Assembly (NCBI RefSeq): GCF_964355755.1
Contig: NC_092675.1
Location: forward strand, 15,658,912-15,722,911
Length of the DNA: 64,000 nt
DNA from: Antedon mediterranea
Lineage: Eukaryota; Animalia; Echinodermata
Reading direction: 5' to 3'
A program made the position numbers and the translations under genes. This document shows, piece after piece, positions 36,972 to 50,999 of the stretch. Below the pieces are notes generated by a model. The model did not search any database, had not been told where the DNA came from, and saw only the letters and a program-made list of their open reading frames with translations. Positions within the stretch are counted from its first letter, which is position 1, and every line of letters begins with the position of its first letter.

Positions 36972-38576
36972 CTACAAAAAAAAAGCAATTATTAATTATT
37001 TTATTATTTTTTTACTCAATGCAGCAGTGTACGGTTCGCATCGAACACTACATCTTCCTATACATCAAAATGGTTGTTTTAAGTCTATTTAACGTTGGAT
37101 TGTTTACAAGGACAACCCATGGTAATTAAATAGTCAAGTCGAAACATTTATTTCTTACATGCCTCGATAGTATTTGCTTCATTACCAAGTCCAACAAAAA
37201 AAACGTTGGTCAAATTTTTTTTAAAGTTGACAAAAATAGAGAATCAATATCGGTAGTGTCTTTTACCAGCATCGAAGCCGCTTTGGGACGGTGTATAGAA
37301 AAACAAATCGAGCGATTATTCTTTTTTCGACTTACGGTCGAGTCATTAATAATCAAATGGACGCCTACTGATTATATTATCACTGGTCCACATTGCCACT
37401 ACCAAGGCGGTCTAACAACAGGACATAATCTCGCCTTGCCAAGATAGGAACAGTCTTTAGATCTTAATGTCGGCTGTGCCAAATACAAACAGTACTGTAT
37501 GTTTGTATTTGGCACATGCACATATAGCGCTTGGTGTCTGCGTGGATTATTTAATAGAATATTCATTAATCCATGTTGTCTGTAAGGGGCGTGGAACTAA
37601 TCGTGTCGCAGTCACAGATAAACCCTTTGAGCTCAGTATCCTGTTAGATTGCCTTGGTCTTACCTATGTCACCGTATAACCACTGGCCAGCCACTGTAGT
37701 AACGAACATGGCTGGGAACTGGGTGATCACCATAATCAGATCGCCAACGGCCAGATTTATGATCAGCATATTTCCTGGTGTTTGTAAAGATTTTGTTCTG
37801 TGGAATAAATAATCATCGTTTATGGTTTAATGATATAAACATGGATGATTGAATTTACACGAATTTAAGAAAATACCATTTAATCATAATTATTTATTAT
37901 TTGAAATGAAACAGTTTGATTCCTTCAATCTCCACGAAGTTTTAAGATCTGTGGTCTCATGTTGACGTCAGTAACTGATTTATAGTTGTACTTACAGTTA
38001 ACATGTCATTTAATACAATAATTACAACTAGAGTAACGGAACTAAATTGTTTTTCAAATAATTATAAGTTTTCTACTTGAAATTCATCAAAGATGCAGAC
38101 TTACAAATCCGATCATCAATCAATAGATTATTAAATATAACATATACTCCACAACTGGCGACAACAACTAATTTGACAGTCATTGAATTATTGATTTATA
38201 AATAACTCAGTCCGAGTCGGTCGGTCAGTCAGTCTACCATGTTCTAACATTACTCTATAATCACCAGTGGAAGACCATGACTTTAATTTGTAAGCAATTC
38301 AATAAATAAGAATACAACAAGTGCTTTAATTAAAAAAAAAAAAGCTTGAAAGCATATAATAAATAATATAAAAACAAATCCTCACTTTCCAAAAATGAAT
38401 ATGACGACTGAATTTCCTATTCCACCGATTGTTCCAACAATGATAAGATAGATGGCCAGAAAATAATTAAGATATCGTGGTATTTCAACGGCTGACGATA
38501 GTGTTACTTCTTCACTAGTGAAATCCACCTTCGTGGTTGTCATTTCCAAGTTTGTTTGTTGAAGCGCCATTGTCAT
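36064..38576 (-). CDS. Rhabdomeric (Gq-coupled, melanopsin/opsin-4-like) opsin; complement(join(36064-36971,37664-37797,38386-38576)), 410 aa
   Basis: GT-AG introns, phase-consistent (1233 nt). 7TM with GN in TM1, NLAVGD in TM2, CQIY, DRY, the E181-type counterion in EGYGLSCTFDY, WLPY, the retinal-binding Lys in CAKSS (codon 36373-36375), and NPIVY followed by HEK (r-opsin HxK motif). Confidence 0.95.
37664..37797 (-). CDS. Opsin coding exon 2
   Basis: TKSLQTPGNMLIINLAVGDLIMVITQFPAMFVTTVAGQWLYGDIG; CAG acceptor and GTAAG donor. It is missing from the ORF track. Confidence 0.93.
38386..38576 (-). CDS. Opsin coding exon 1
   Basis: MTMALQQ...LAIYLIIVGTIGGIGNSVVIFIFGK; GTGAG donor. Confidence 0.9.
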
Positions 38577-38645
38577 TGTAGGCTACAGTTCAGAAGAGTT
38601 TAAGACTAAAGCACCAACTGTCGACACCAACAATGTTGTATAGAG

Positions 38646-38856
38646 TGACGTCAGATTTAGGGTAGATGAGTTATAACATCTAAGTAAAAAGAAATTACAT
38701 GATATGACGGGGTTTAAGTACTAAACAATGGGTTATTATGATTACATGTTTTCATTGTGACATTAACATTATAATTCAGTTGCATTGCATTCTTATCGAA
38801 TTTAAGAAATCTTATACAAATAAATAATTTTGCAGTCAGAAATTGCATTGACGTCA
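38646..38856. promoter_or_regulatory. Putative opsin proximal promoter with two full CRE palindromes and PAR-bZIP/D-box-like words
   Basis: TGACGTCA at 38646-38653 and 38849-38856 (70 and 273 bp upstream of the ATG), with GTTATAAC and ATTACAT words between them. Function is inferred. Confidence 0.4.
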
Positions 38857-39254
38857 TCAACATATTGTGTATTTAAAATTGACGTTGTTTGAAGCACATA
38901 GATTTTTAACTTTCATATCATTAAATTAAATTCTCCTTACTTATGATATTAAACATACTATAAACTATAAATCTCTTACAAATTATTTTGAAAATATCTG
39001 CTAATGTGGGATTAATTTAAAGAGAGTGATATAAGGAAATTCACAACATACACATACATACATTTAGCAAACTAAACAAGTAGATTTGATTTGATTTTTA
39101 AATGTTAAAATGTTAAAAGATTGTTTTTGGCCTACCTTACCTCTAATAATATTACTTTTAACCTATCTTTGATATCCGCGGTAGGCTTAATATGCTAAGC
39201 TGACGATTGATACAGTCCTGATGCTGCTAAGCATTATTTTTATTTTATTTATTA

Positions 39255-40860
39255 TTATTAGTTATCCGCTTGGTATACCAAGCGGATAACTCCTTGTTAT
39301 TGTATGAGATCAACAGTTTTTTTCTGTATTATTCTTCTTTCCATCCTTCCTTTTTGTGGATCGCGTTTCTCTAAAATGTGTAAACATAACATTTCATAAC
39401 TTTGACAACATATGGGCATTTACGTGAAGTTGTGCACCTCCTATTTTTGAATGACGTCATAGTTGCGCAACGTAACTTACGCGCAATTTTATGAATTTCA
39501 ATGATTGATCATAGATTAAAAACTAAAAGTCATTTAGTATTGACACTTTGACAAAATTTAAGTCATATCAGGGGCAAACTTTCTACGGATTAAAAATGGC
39601 ATGTTTCACAAGAAGTTACGCGCGCACGCGCATTTAAAATTTCAAAATGCGCAAAATTAATTTCTAATCAACTTTTTATGCGTTTCTTGTCATTTTGAGC
39701 ATGTCAAAAATTCCCACGGGCGCGCAATTTTTTACGCACGCGGTGCGCACGTAGCGTTAAAAACATATTTTTTTCTCTTGAATCATATTTTTCAAGCCTT
39801 TCCTAGTAATTTTGAAAACAATTTAGACCTTTTCCAATTTAAATAACGCCATACGAACACGTTGAATTAAACATTTCATGCGCGTTTTTTATGAAAAAGC
39901 TTAAAAAATCGTCAAAATTATGTCTTTTTTTAAACAGTCATAGTTTCTAAAGTAAACCGTGAACCGTTTATTTTTATTACAAAATCTAGAAGTTGATGAG
40001 TTGCAGATATCGGATCATGCATCGATAAGGCTAAAAAAACATTGTGACGTCATCGTATGGCCACACGAATGTAAAATATAGGATTTTTGTCTCTTTCGTT
40101 ATTGCTCATCACATTCAATGGAGCGCATCACGCTTATCTGTATTCCTTTTTCTCCTACATTTATACATTGTGTAGGTCAATCAACTTTCTTTAGCATGAG
40201 ATAAAAATATTTTAATTTTTATGACGTCATCATGCCTAAAAATTTTAATTACGTGGGTCATTAATTTCATCTTTACAGTAAATTTTAATCTGTAATAGCT
40301 CGTAAGAATAAAATGTGATAATCACGATTAAAACGTTTTATGGAAGCTATTGGATTGTAGATACGAATTCATGTAAACATTTTGCCAATCGGATGTTGTG
40401 ACGTCATCATATGGCCAGTTGAATAAAAAAAGTCGTATTTTCATATTTTGCGTAATAGTTCATCACATTTAAAAGGGTGCGCATCAATATTTTACGTATT
40501 CAAATTTCTTCTACACGTTAATATGTTGTTCCTGAGATAATTTCCTTCTGAAAGTGCTATCTAAGTGTTTCATTTTGATACCGTCGCCATGTTAAAAATT
40601 GGAATAAATGGCGGGTCCCGTAATTTCACCTATTCTACACTGTATGTAATATGTATACAGATTATACTGTTTGCATGTATATACTATATGACACGAAATT
40701 GACAGAATTCAGCACTAACAAACAGCATATCATATTCTTCAGTTCTTGTCATAATGCCATAATCTTTATCTGTGTGCAATATTCCAACGTAAGACGTGCA
40801 CGTGGCGTTTATCGTGGTGCGGATAACTAACTCGTCAAAGTGACGAGTTTCATGTCTAGT
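39255..40860 (+). mobile_element. Complete solo HINE (~1.6 kb), same family as the array at 1-6763
   Basis: 5' hairpin AGTTATCCGCTTGGTATACCAAGCGGATAACT. 3' subTIR GCGGATAACT + hairpin ACTCGTCAAAGTGACGAGT + CTAGT into a T-run. 39944-40860 is essentially identical to 1-913 (one 4-bp indel seen). Confidence 0.85.
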
Positions 40861-42515
40861 TTTTTTTTTTATTTTTAAGAATACTAAACAAAGGTGTCGA
40901 ATTTTCAAGAGGCCATGTGTCAACAAGATGAATTAGAGCATAATTATAAGACTACGAGAAGCCATGTATAAACAATTGCTATATATTATTTATAAGCTAT
41001 AATGATGAATTGTTAAATAAAATGCACAATTAATATACACTATTACTTTGGTATTTTATAGACCAGCGATTGATGCTGGCTGTTTTATGAAAATACTCTC
41101 TTGTTGGGAATGATTATACTGCCTTGGCGGGGTAAGATCATAGGGCCACTGCAATGGAATAAGTCAAAAAAGTTGGCTGAATAATAATCAACTAATTGAA
41201 TTAGATACAAAACTATTATAATTGCAAAGTTCGGCCTATAAAACAGACAAGTATGATAATGAAGAAGTTTAAGAAACGTATATAGAATACTATTCTGTTA
41301 CATAGAATACCCGAAAAGAAACACAAATACATTAATTACAAACATGTCTTTAAAACAGTCTTTTGTATGGACAATTGTAGCAGATCCAGTAATTTTGGGA
41401 TACTGTTTTTATTAGAAACCCCAAACTTGAATCCAATTATAATAATAACAAAACAAATTGCATTTTCTTTCTGATGAACTACGAATTAGTTGTAGCTCCG
41501 TTGATTTAAGATGATAATAAGAATTTCAGAAAAATGCTATAATTGATTTATCATCTTAATTTTGTTTTCTTTGATTAGGCCTTTATTGTGCATTGTTTTA
41601 TCCTTATTATTGTTGTATATGTATTTTATTTAGATGTTGACCTCTTTGATCTCTTAATATAAGTTCTTTTGGAATGAAAATGTGAGTTATCCTCCGTTAA
41701 TAAATTAAAACATTAGTAATTCAATTAAATATGACTATATATACTACTAATATACTGACATTTACTATCAATCGACATACATTAAAAATACGTCACCTAT
41801 CATCTGTTTGGTAAATAGGACCTATAATTTTCTTGAAACAACTAAAATGTGTAACGAAATACGATGGTTATTGCTACCCGTATATGAGTTGAGATCACCA
41901 GACCCAATATTTATGAACCTAATGTTAATCAAACTTATTTGTGAGAAGTAAATTCCAACTTACGCAAATCCAAGTGGAAACATTACACGGTGAAGTCGGG
42001 CCTTTCATTGTCAAAACTATAGTGTACTCCGGCACCGAGTGCTAGCTTCTATGTCAGATTCTAAACCAACCAGAGTATTCAATAATGCTGACGTATGTCA
42101 TAGGTCTGCTTTCATTGAACAGAACTAATAATTAACATATGAGAGAATGGGACGTTATAATTTCTTTAGTTTATTTTTAAACAGTTAAGAATGGATATGG
42201 CATGAAATAGTTATGACAATTTGTTTTTGTTACGATTAAGTAATGCCACTTCGCCGAAAATAATAAATTGATTATTTATAGGTAGTAATCCCAGATATAG
42301 GAATTACTTTGTATAGCAATTTATCAACATATATTTCGTTTAAATTAAATTGTCAGGGGTGTTAAGTTACTCGTCGTTTACTCATCGACATGGCGGATTC
42401 GTGGAGTGCATAGCTGGTCGGCCCAGCAGCATCACGCTTTGATTGTTTTTGAAGAATATAGACACCAATGGTGGAAAAGTACCAGAAAAAAGTAATACGT
42501 AATTTTCACGTCTAA

Positions 42516-42694
42516 AGCGTGATTCCCACTAGCGACGCAACACAAGGACGTAACGCAACGCAAGTGAATTGACCAATCACAAGCGATGGCTTATTCGCTT
42601 GTGATTGCTAACTGTCTATAACTTCACTTGTCATTGGTTAAAACGCTTGCGTTGCGTTTACGTCCTTGCGTTACGTTCTAGTGGGTACCAAGCT
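42516..42694. mobile_element. PIF/Harbinger-like MITE
   Basis: TAA / TCA flanks; TIRs AGCGTGATTCCCACTAG..ACGCAAC..AAGGACGTAA vs TTACGTCCTT..CTAGTGGGTACCAAGCT. Confidence 0.65.
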
Positions 42695-44577
42695 TCAAGG
42701 TGAAAATAGCAGAAATTACAAATTGTCCATGCGTTCAATTCCGTACCTTCAATGAATGAACAAGTATACAGTACACACCAATCTATATGGCTCACGAAGA
42801 CCATCTGAAACGTAGGCCTTAATAATTTATTTTAAGGAATTTCAGAGGGGTCCATGAGATATGCTTTGGAGAGCCTATCCTACCAAAATAAGAAGTAAGA
42901 CAATGTTTCTTAAGACATTTTTAAATATCGATTGATGTTGCCTCTTTAATAGCTTGTGACAGATTATTCCAAAGACGAGCAGAAGAAAAGATAAATAATA
43001 TGTTGCCATAATAGAAAACAGTGGCCGGTTTTGAAAAATTAAGTTTATTTTGGCTAGATGTTCTTGTGACCTAGGAGGACAACATGATGTGTGATAACTC
43101 ATCAATGTGGGATGGCAAACTTGAGTAAATAAATGAAAAATACACTAACCGTTTGATTGTATACGGTTGCTAGAAATTCAGACCACATTTACCCGTCGTT
43201 GCAAATGTTTTTAAACTATAGAGACGTGAAAATGAAGTTGTATCCATGAGGCGTAAACACGTACAACGTGATCTAACTAGATGTAAACCAATGTAAAGTA
43301 ACAAATAACTTTAGTTATGTCTTAACTATAAAATACCCGAGACATTATCTGCAAGTTTGCTAACAAAATAGGTCTAAGAGCAACCTATTAATTTTCCAAC
43401 GACATTGCTTGGGTTAATGAATTTTTAGTCCCAAGTGGATATTTTGATGTAATCAGATAATTGTTTCAGATTGATCAATAGTCTAAACTGATTTACACAA
43501 AATCTTATCTTCTGAACGCCGTTCATTTCTTTATACTTCTCTTCCATTGTACATTAATGTGAATGTGACTTAAGATTTTAATTCCACAGTTGTATTTATC
43601 AGCAATATTTACAATCCATTAATTTTCAAATGACTTGTTTCTCTTTATTTAACTGTTGTATTGCTCTTAAAATCAAATCTAATTATGACAAGCTAATAAA
43701 CTGATAATTAAACACTTCGAAATGACAATGTTATTAAAATATCACAAATCACACATGTCTATAAAACACCACATTCAAGTTGTATTACGAGAGCCACGAT
43801 AAATCTATATTTCTTTTCGCTCGTTTCTTTATAATCACAGTCTTAAATCTAGACTTTGCGACAAAACAGGCCTGTTTTTCCTGACTGATATGTTTCCTAT
43901 TTTCTTTTTACCATCCATTAATGTATTTATTCTAATGTTAAATGTTAATTTTGTCAAATTTAGGCCTATGGAGTGTTTTCAACAATCAACAGATGGTCCC
44001 AAGGCGCTTAAAAATAAAGATGAAAGATTGAACAGATTGAAATGTTATAGTAATGTATACTTATGCTGCAAAATGTCATACACATGTTTGGTACCGTAAA
44101 GGAAGTGGAATTATATACCATTACTGGTGATGTGATGTATTATCTTTGTGTATCTAAGTGCGAATCATATTGAACAGCGAAATCGAAATGTCAAAATGAA
44201 CTTGTTTTACTGGATAAAATGCAATGAAATTCTCATGTACATCCGTCCATTTTAAATTCAAGTTTTTCACTCAATTTGACGGAAATGCTAAACCTAACGT
44301 CCCATTGAAACTTACCCATATATTGATCGATAGTAAGCACAGAAGACGTCTAAAGGTTGTTTATAACCAATAATAATTGGCTTACGAAGGCAATGTATGA
44401 AATCATGTCTTAATTATTTTAGGAGAACTGAGAATATTATTATTTTTTCTTTATTATAGCAATAAATTCACATAATACATTTGTATACAGTAGGCTTACT
44501 CAATAACAGCGATTAATTGAAATTCCTTAATACTATTTATGTCGAATACTTGTTTTCGATTAGGTCATATAATCATT

Positions 44578-44656
44578 AAACAAGGCCATATTCATGCTTG
44601 CAGTCGCGTGCTGCCGACCGACCAACCGACCGACATAGTGAGCTGTAGAGTCGCGT
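44578..44656 (-). mobile_element. Mini-HINE (~80-110 bp), with a second copy at 61771-61882 (+)
   Basis: ACGCGACTCTACAGCTCACTATGTCGGTCGG...GCACGCGACTGCA..ATG..TATGGCC.TGTTT is shared between the two copies. Confidence 0.6.
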
Positions 44657-44749
44657 AGATAATTCTACCTATATTTGATATCGTTCCGTACTACAACAAT
44701 AATGAGATATTGTTTAATTATAAGAGTGGGAAACGAGAAAGTAATAAAA

Positions 44750-44861
44750 AGCTACTGAAAATCTGACAATGCTGAGGGTATCAGTGGTTGGATACAAAAT
44801 AAAAACAAGCTAAAAGGTAAATCAAAACGATAAAATAAAACAATCTGAATTTGCAGAGCTT
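44750..44861 (-). mobile_element. Penelope-like element end fragment, homologous to 61157-61262
   Basis: Minus strand AAGCTCTGCAAA..TTTATCGTTTTGATTTA.CTTTT.GCTT..TTTTGTATC..CAGCATTGT..TTTCAGTA matches the sequence downstream of the hammerhead at 61125-61166. Confidence 0.6.
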
Positions 44862-47674
44862 ATTATAATGAAATAGCTTATTTTTATAGAGCTAGGTTAA
44901 CCTAACCTAGAAGACGTATTGTTACCGTTGCTTGATATAAAACAGGCTCTATATTTTCTTGTTGTTCGACACTTGCACTGTATAATTGTCCGCAACCGAT
45001 AACATTTAGAGTGCTTTCCATTCCGTATACATTTTATACAGTATTATTGCATTATCAATGTTAAAGAGACAAAGCCAACAAATAATTTCAATTATCTTCA
45101 AATATTTAAATTAATTCGTTAAAAAAGATTGGATCTGTTTCCATACAGAATTCAAGGCTACGTTTTAATGCTTTTAAAAAAGCATGGTTTAAAAATATCG
45201 TTTTATTAGTTGTAAAATCAATATGTAATTATTTTAATTAGCTTACAATTACCATAAAATACGCATTTTATTCACGTCTTAGTTTATTTTATCGTGTATA
45301 CTGCCTAATGGATTAAATGAATTGTTACAAAAAAAAAATTAGATTTCGATTTACATTTGAAACACACCTCGCCAAATAAAGTATGTAGCATTATCTGTCA
45401 TGTGTTTAGATGTTGTAATGCTTTATCACCTGTGTATATACATGTATACACGTTAGTATTGCTCTTCGATTAACTCCTCTGAGGTCACATCTTATAATTC
45501 TCCTCGAGTACATCATTTAAATATGTGTAATAATTCCAATCAGACGTTGCATTAGTTAAAGTTCTGTCTACACTATTAAAGTTTATGTGCCCATATATGG
45601 ACATGATGATGTCATAACACTACAATATTTGGGCATATCACTACCATATTTGGGGTACATCACACTATCTTTGTATTACAACTATTTCCCCCCTCAATTT
45701 TGTTCAAGTTTGTTGTTTATGCGTATTGTAAACCGGACCTATTGCAAGATTTGCTTTGCTAAACGTCGTAGTTATAATATTATATACATTATCAGTTATC
45801 AGGATCGAACTTACTCTATATTTTACCACTGCTTCGAAAATAGAGGTGACCTACACAAATTGAGGACGTGGAGAAATCTTTCGAGAAAGTAGATAATGAG
45901 TTAGACCTATTGTATGCTATTTAATTGATAATCATTTCTACTCCTACAGACTATGTTTCTTCTTTTGCGTCTATAACGACAAGCATACAATCTGATTAAC
46001 TATCACATTTCCTTTTACATTTCGAACAATTATTGTCCTCTCAACAAATTATTTTTTTTAATGAAGAAACTATTAGGTTAATAGGAAATCACAGATCCTA
46101 TTAGTATTACGCACGTATTCGCAAACAGGCCTACAATTTAAAAGGGCTATTATCATTAAAACTCAGCGCGCAATGTGATTCAATAAAAAAAAACAATTTA
46201 AAGTTTTACTTCATTTTGAAAAAAAAAATACAATTCATCCATTTAGGCCTACATATATGCAAAAACATTTTTTTCAAAATATTTTTCTCATTTGAAATTC
46301 AGATATCTTAAATGCACTTAACAAAATGTAAATTTGCAAGGAATATATGCAATTCTATATTTACAGTCAAATCCGATTAAAAAAAAATCTTTTTTCTTCA
46401 CAATTTGTCACCAATGTAAATTATAGTTAACCCGATATGGTCGAGACTCACTCTGGTAGGCCTAATTACTGGGTTTAAAGGTTCGAAAACGCCTCTTATT
46501 ACCCTTTTCAAATTCGATACCAGCATCGGAAGTGAAGGAATATGCCTGCATATAGATCATGACGAATTTTGCACCTTTTGTGGAAGAATCCTGGCTACGG
46601 GGGCTTGCACTGGACATGTTTTGTACTGTCGCCTTGATGTAACTATGTTTTTACATTCACCATTATGGATAAACGCACCAATTGTTATCGCCACTTGCCA
46701 CCAACAACATTATATTATTACTACGTAGCTATTGAGTTTCCCTCACTTTCATTTCAAAGTTTGTAATGTTATCAAATTAATCTATTGGTTGAGTGCGGGA
46801 TGTTTTAGTTTCTTGATTACTTCGGACAGAATAACACTACTGCCTAACCAATAGGGTAATTATTGTTTTTATTTTTTATTTTATTCAGTTGTCAACCAAC
46901 AGCGATGAAACCGCCACTAACAGGTTGAATCTGTATCCATATTACCATCCCAAAACAGTTTTGTGAGGTGAATATAAATGCGTAACCAACAATTAGAGCC
47001 CATGAAATGTAAATGTTCGTGGAAAACAGGCTTATAAGGAAATGATAAATGAAATGTTTACTGAATAAAAGATTACTGTACTCATCGTGGACACGTATCT
47101 ATATATAAATTATGGTTAATTCTGACATAGGCGAGCACTATGGAAAAACTTCGGTACAAATCTCCGCCTTGGATACCTACCTTATCTATCTCAGATGTAC
47201 CGCAAAACGTAGATTTGATAAAATTAGTTTCAGTTCGACGCTATTGTTCCATATTTCTATCTTAGGAAGATATTATAAAGAGTTTTTAAACAAAATTTAT
47301 GATTTCAATAGTAGATTTTCAACTCAATTTCAATTCTTCGCGGTCAAAGTAATTTCCGGGTTTACGATGAGTTCACCTTGCAACAACCTGGTTTCAACTA
47401 TTTTCTTTTTTTTTTATACACAAGGGAGCAGTTCAAATAATAGATTCGACCCTAAAGGTGACTGGAAACTGGCACTTTCCATCAATCAATACAGTGTCCC
47501 TTTGGAATACAGAAGAAAAAAAACAGCTTAAGTTGGCCATTTGTCATAGCCATTTCAGTTTTTTGTTTATTTTAGGAACGGACCGCGCGTGTGAAGGTAC
47601 AGTAGTTAAAAAATAAAACTTATACTGCAAATTAATAAAGATCAAATTAAATATACGCCATAAAGAATCGGAAT

Positions 47675-47986
47675 ATATTGTGGGGAATAGTAGTATAAAA
47701 TTACATAGGGAGATTTGATGATACGACATTTTGTTTAAAATCGAGTGAAATCTCGATATCTGAGTTTTATTGAGTAAGCTGGCAGGAATAACTGTAGGCT
47801 ATCTGTGTCCCGTTAGGACCGAGATGTCTGATATTGTGGAGAATAGTATTATACAATTACATAGGGAGATTTGATGATGAGACATTTTGTTTAAAATCGA
47901 GTGAAATCCCGATAGCTGAGTTTTATTGAGTAAGCTGGCAGGAATAACTGTAGGCTATCTGTGTCCCGTTAGGACCGAGATGTCTG
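47675..47986 (+). repeat. Tandem duplication, 2 x 156 bp
   Basis: ATATTGTGG.GAATAGTA...CCCGTTAGGACCGAGATGTCTG repeated at 47675 and 47831. Confidence 0.9.
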
Positions 47987-50900
47987 CCGATGTTGCAAGC
48001 CTTAATGTCTTCTTTCTTGGGCCGAAACGGCCCACTCTGTCACGGCAGTTAGTTTCAAAAGATGTTTAAATTAAATAATGTATTAATAATTATTAGGATG
48101 GTATTTACTGGACGCCTCTCCAATAAAACATCAATTTTAATAATAATCAACCCCCACCCCAACCCAACTATCTAATAAACGTCCATCCACATTTATAATA
48201 ACACAATTATACTATTTGTAGTAGAATTCATCGCACATCTACAATTTACCAAGCATTTGTTATTCTTTTTTACCACTTTTCATATCTATTAGAGGATTTC
48301 ATTTGATTATAAATGTTACCATATTATTAAAACTAAAATATTTAATATATTCCTCGAATAAGCACCTCCCTCAAATGAACTCCGCCTCTCCACCTCCGCC
48401 CTATAAGGTCCCTACCAAACAATAAACACTATACTTACTAATGTTATTAATCATCTAAGACACTGTGAAACAGAGTAGTTTAGTTTTACGAATGTCAAGC
48501 ATTTTCAATAATGGTAACCGACAGAAAACGTACAAGAAGGAGAACATTATCATTCCGAGAACCATCGTCTACACTTCCTAGAGGGAGAGCGAGCGAAGCG
48601 AGCTCACCCTCTAGTCTATATATACATTTACGTAAGGGCAAAATTCGGTAAATCGCGAGTTATTTCTAGAATGTTTACTCGATGGTATATAAATTGGTTA
48701 GAATCTCGGTACTGATTTTAACCACCTGATGTAACCCTGTTTACTAATTAAATTGATTTAGATAATTAGTTATTGACAATTAAAACGAATTTAGGTTCAA
48801 CGATTTGCCCCAAATAGGGGTGTTTTCCGATCGTGGTATACATTGTCTATTGGATGTCCTCTTGAAAAATACCTGCACACAATAATACGAAGATGCTTCG
48901 CATTTTCCTATCTCCTCCTACGATAATTGTTTTTAATAGTTGAAAACCGATTGAACAGCTCGAGTACAGTATCATAATGTTGAAGACAGGCCGATTTTCT
49001 TTAAAAAAATACTATTTTTATAGATTTAATATACGTTTATACAAATGTATTGATTTGCGATGAATGGAACATTCCAATATAACTATTTTGTTTAACCATG
49101 GACGTATACCTCCATGGTTTAATACAAGTAGGTAAATCTATAGGGCCTTGGAGAATAAAAATAAATAGTATTGCAAAGCTCTACAATACTGTAAAAAGAT
49201 CGCAAATTTCTTATTGCGAGTGTTGGTACTGTTAGATATAAAAAACAAAAAATACAAATAAATGTCTTTATTACTGTGAGTGTGGGTAGCCGCAACTGTT
49301 AGATTATAAACACATACTATACAAAATACACTATATTACTGACAGTTGCTTCTCAACGTTTGTATTAAATAATAATTACAAACGTAGTGTATTGTTACAT
49401 GTACTTTACTATTTAAGTGACAGTTTTAACAAAGTAGGGGCCTATTAAATCGCAAATGTTTTACTGTATTTAGGCCTAGCAGTATATTACTTATAGGCCT
49501 ATAAAACATGAAATCAATATTTCGTTACTGAGTGGATAAAGAATATATTAAACAATTGTTCCTCTTTGTACCTATCCTCTTCCCCTTTCCTCAACCCTAA
49601 TGTTACATAATTAATTGTTAGCACAAATTGGATTTGTTTAAAATGAGTCCAAATCATTCATTTTGTAACAAGTTTCTTTTTCGGAAGTAATTCCCAGTGC
49701 TAATTTTGGTTGACTACATAAATCATTGTCTATTCGTTTCTGTAAACGACAGTGTATTATAGTCCAGCGGTACGTACATTTGAAATCGCCAGTGTTTTTA
49801 CGCTGAAATTACTGTGTATTCGAGAACCATTTGTGGGCACGACCTAGATGGTACGCGAGCGAAGCGAGCATATTAATTGATCATAAGCTTTGTTTGAGAA
49901 AGTTTGAAAACATGTTTATGTCAGAAGGTTTCATTTCAAACAATCGGATCATCGAAAAGAAATCGCATATCTTTGATATTTTGTGTAAAATATTAACACA
50001 ATTGACAGTTTATATCATTGAGAATTATAAATGTTTAGATTACCACTTTGTTCACTAAGACAACATGGGCAAACGATCTATTATTATTCCAACTAGAAAT
50101 TAAGCCTGTAAATGTAATACAAATACGTTTATAGAGAACAGAGCAATAAGACAGCGTCCCTCTATTATCGTAATAGACGTGATAAGTGATAAAATCCGCT
50201 TAAATTGTTATGGTTGGTCCAATTCCTTCTACAGCCGACAATAATAACCAGTACCCTCATATACATTTATCAATATCTAGGGTTGGTTGGTTATGACATT
50301 ATTTCACCTGGTTTGTGCACAGTGCTATTTTTTGCTATACTTTTCCATCTGTTATGGTTCATACACTATAAAGCTAAAATGTAACACATTATATAAAATA
50401 ATTGTATAATATAATTTATACCATCATCATCATCTGCCTGTTTTTCTGATAATATATTTGTTACTACTTTCATTAAACAGGCCTCATTTAAAGTAACAAT
50501 TAGGCCTAAAGATCAATTTATAGATATACCAGTAGACTAAATTGTGTTTTAATTTGACAGTTTATAGAATATCTATGAAAATTAAACAAAATTGTATTTC
50601 ATGGTTAATATCATTAAAGTGCTGTACTATCAATCGAATGACCTTTGAAATAGCAAATTGGCGCCTTTTGCTAGAACCATTTTAAATGTCAGGAAATTTG
50701 ATTCGTGATACTTCTTTTAACCAAATACAATAATTATAAGTAAAAGGGAAAAATTCAACAAAAATTAGGCCTAATTACGGTACTTAATTACTATCTTTCA
50801 CTTTTAATAACAAATAAACTGGTATAGGGCGTAGTTATACATACATTGCGTTATCGAATGTCGACACGGAACTGAGCAGAACTGACGATGGAACTAGATG

Positions 50901-50999
50901 TGCGAACGCTTATGTCGACACAGTTGAGTTGAGCTCCGTGTCGACATCATAAGTACACCTTCAATTAGGGGTGGCCGGCCGGCCCTGTGTTAAAATATG

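Noticed and set aside
41471-41500. CTGATGA followed by a short stem (possible hammerhead)
   Set aside because: No GAAA core follows the stem, so the catalytic core is incomplete.
42790-42820. CTCACGAAGACCATCTGAAACGTAGG, hammerhead-like
   Set aside because: The CUGANGA core is mutated and stem II is too weak; not supportable.
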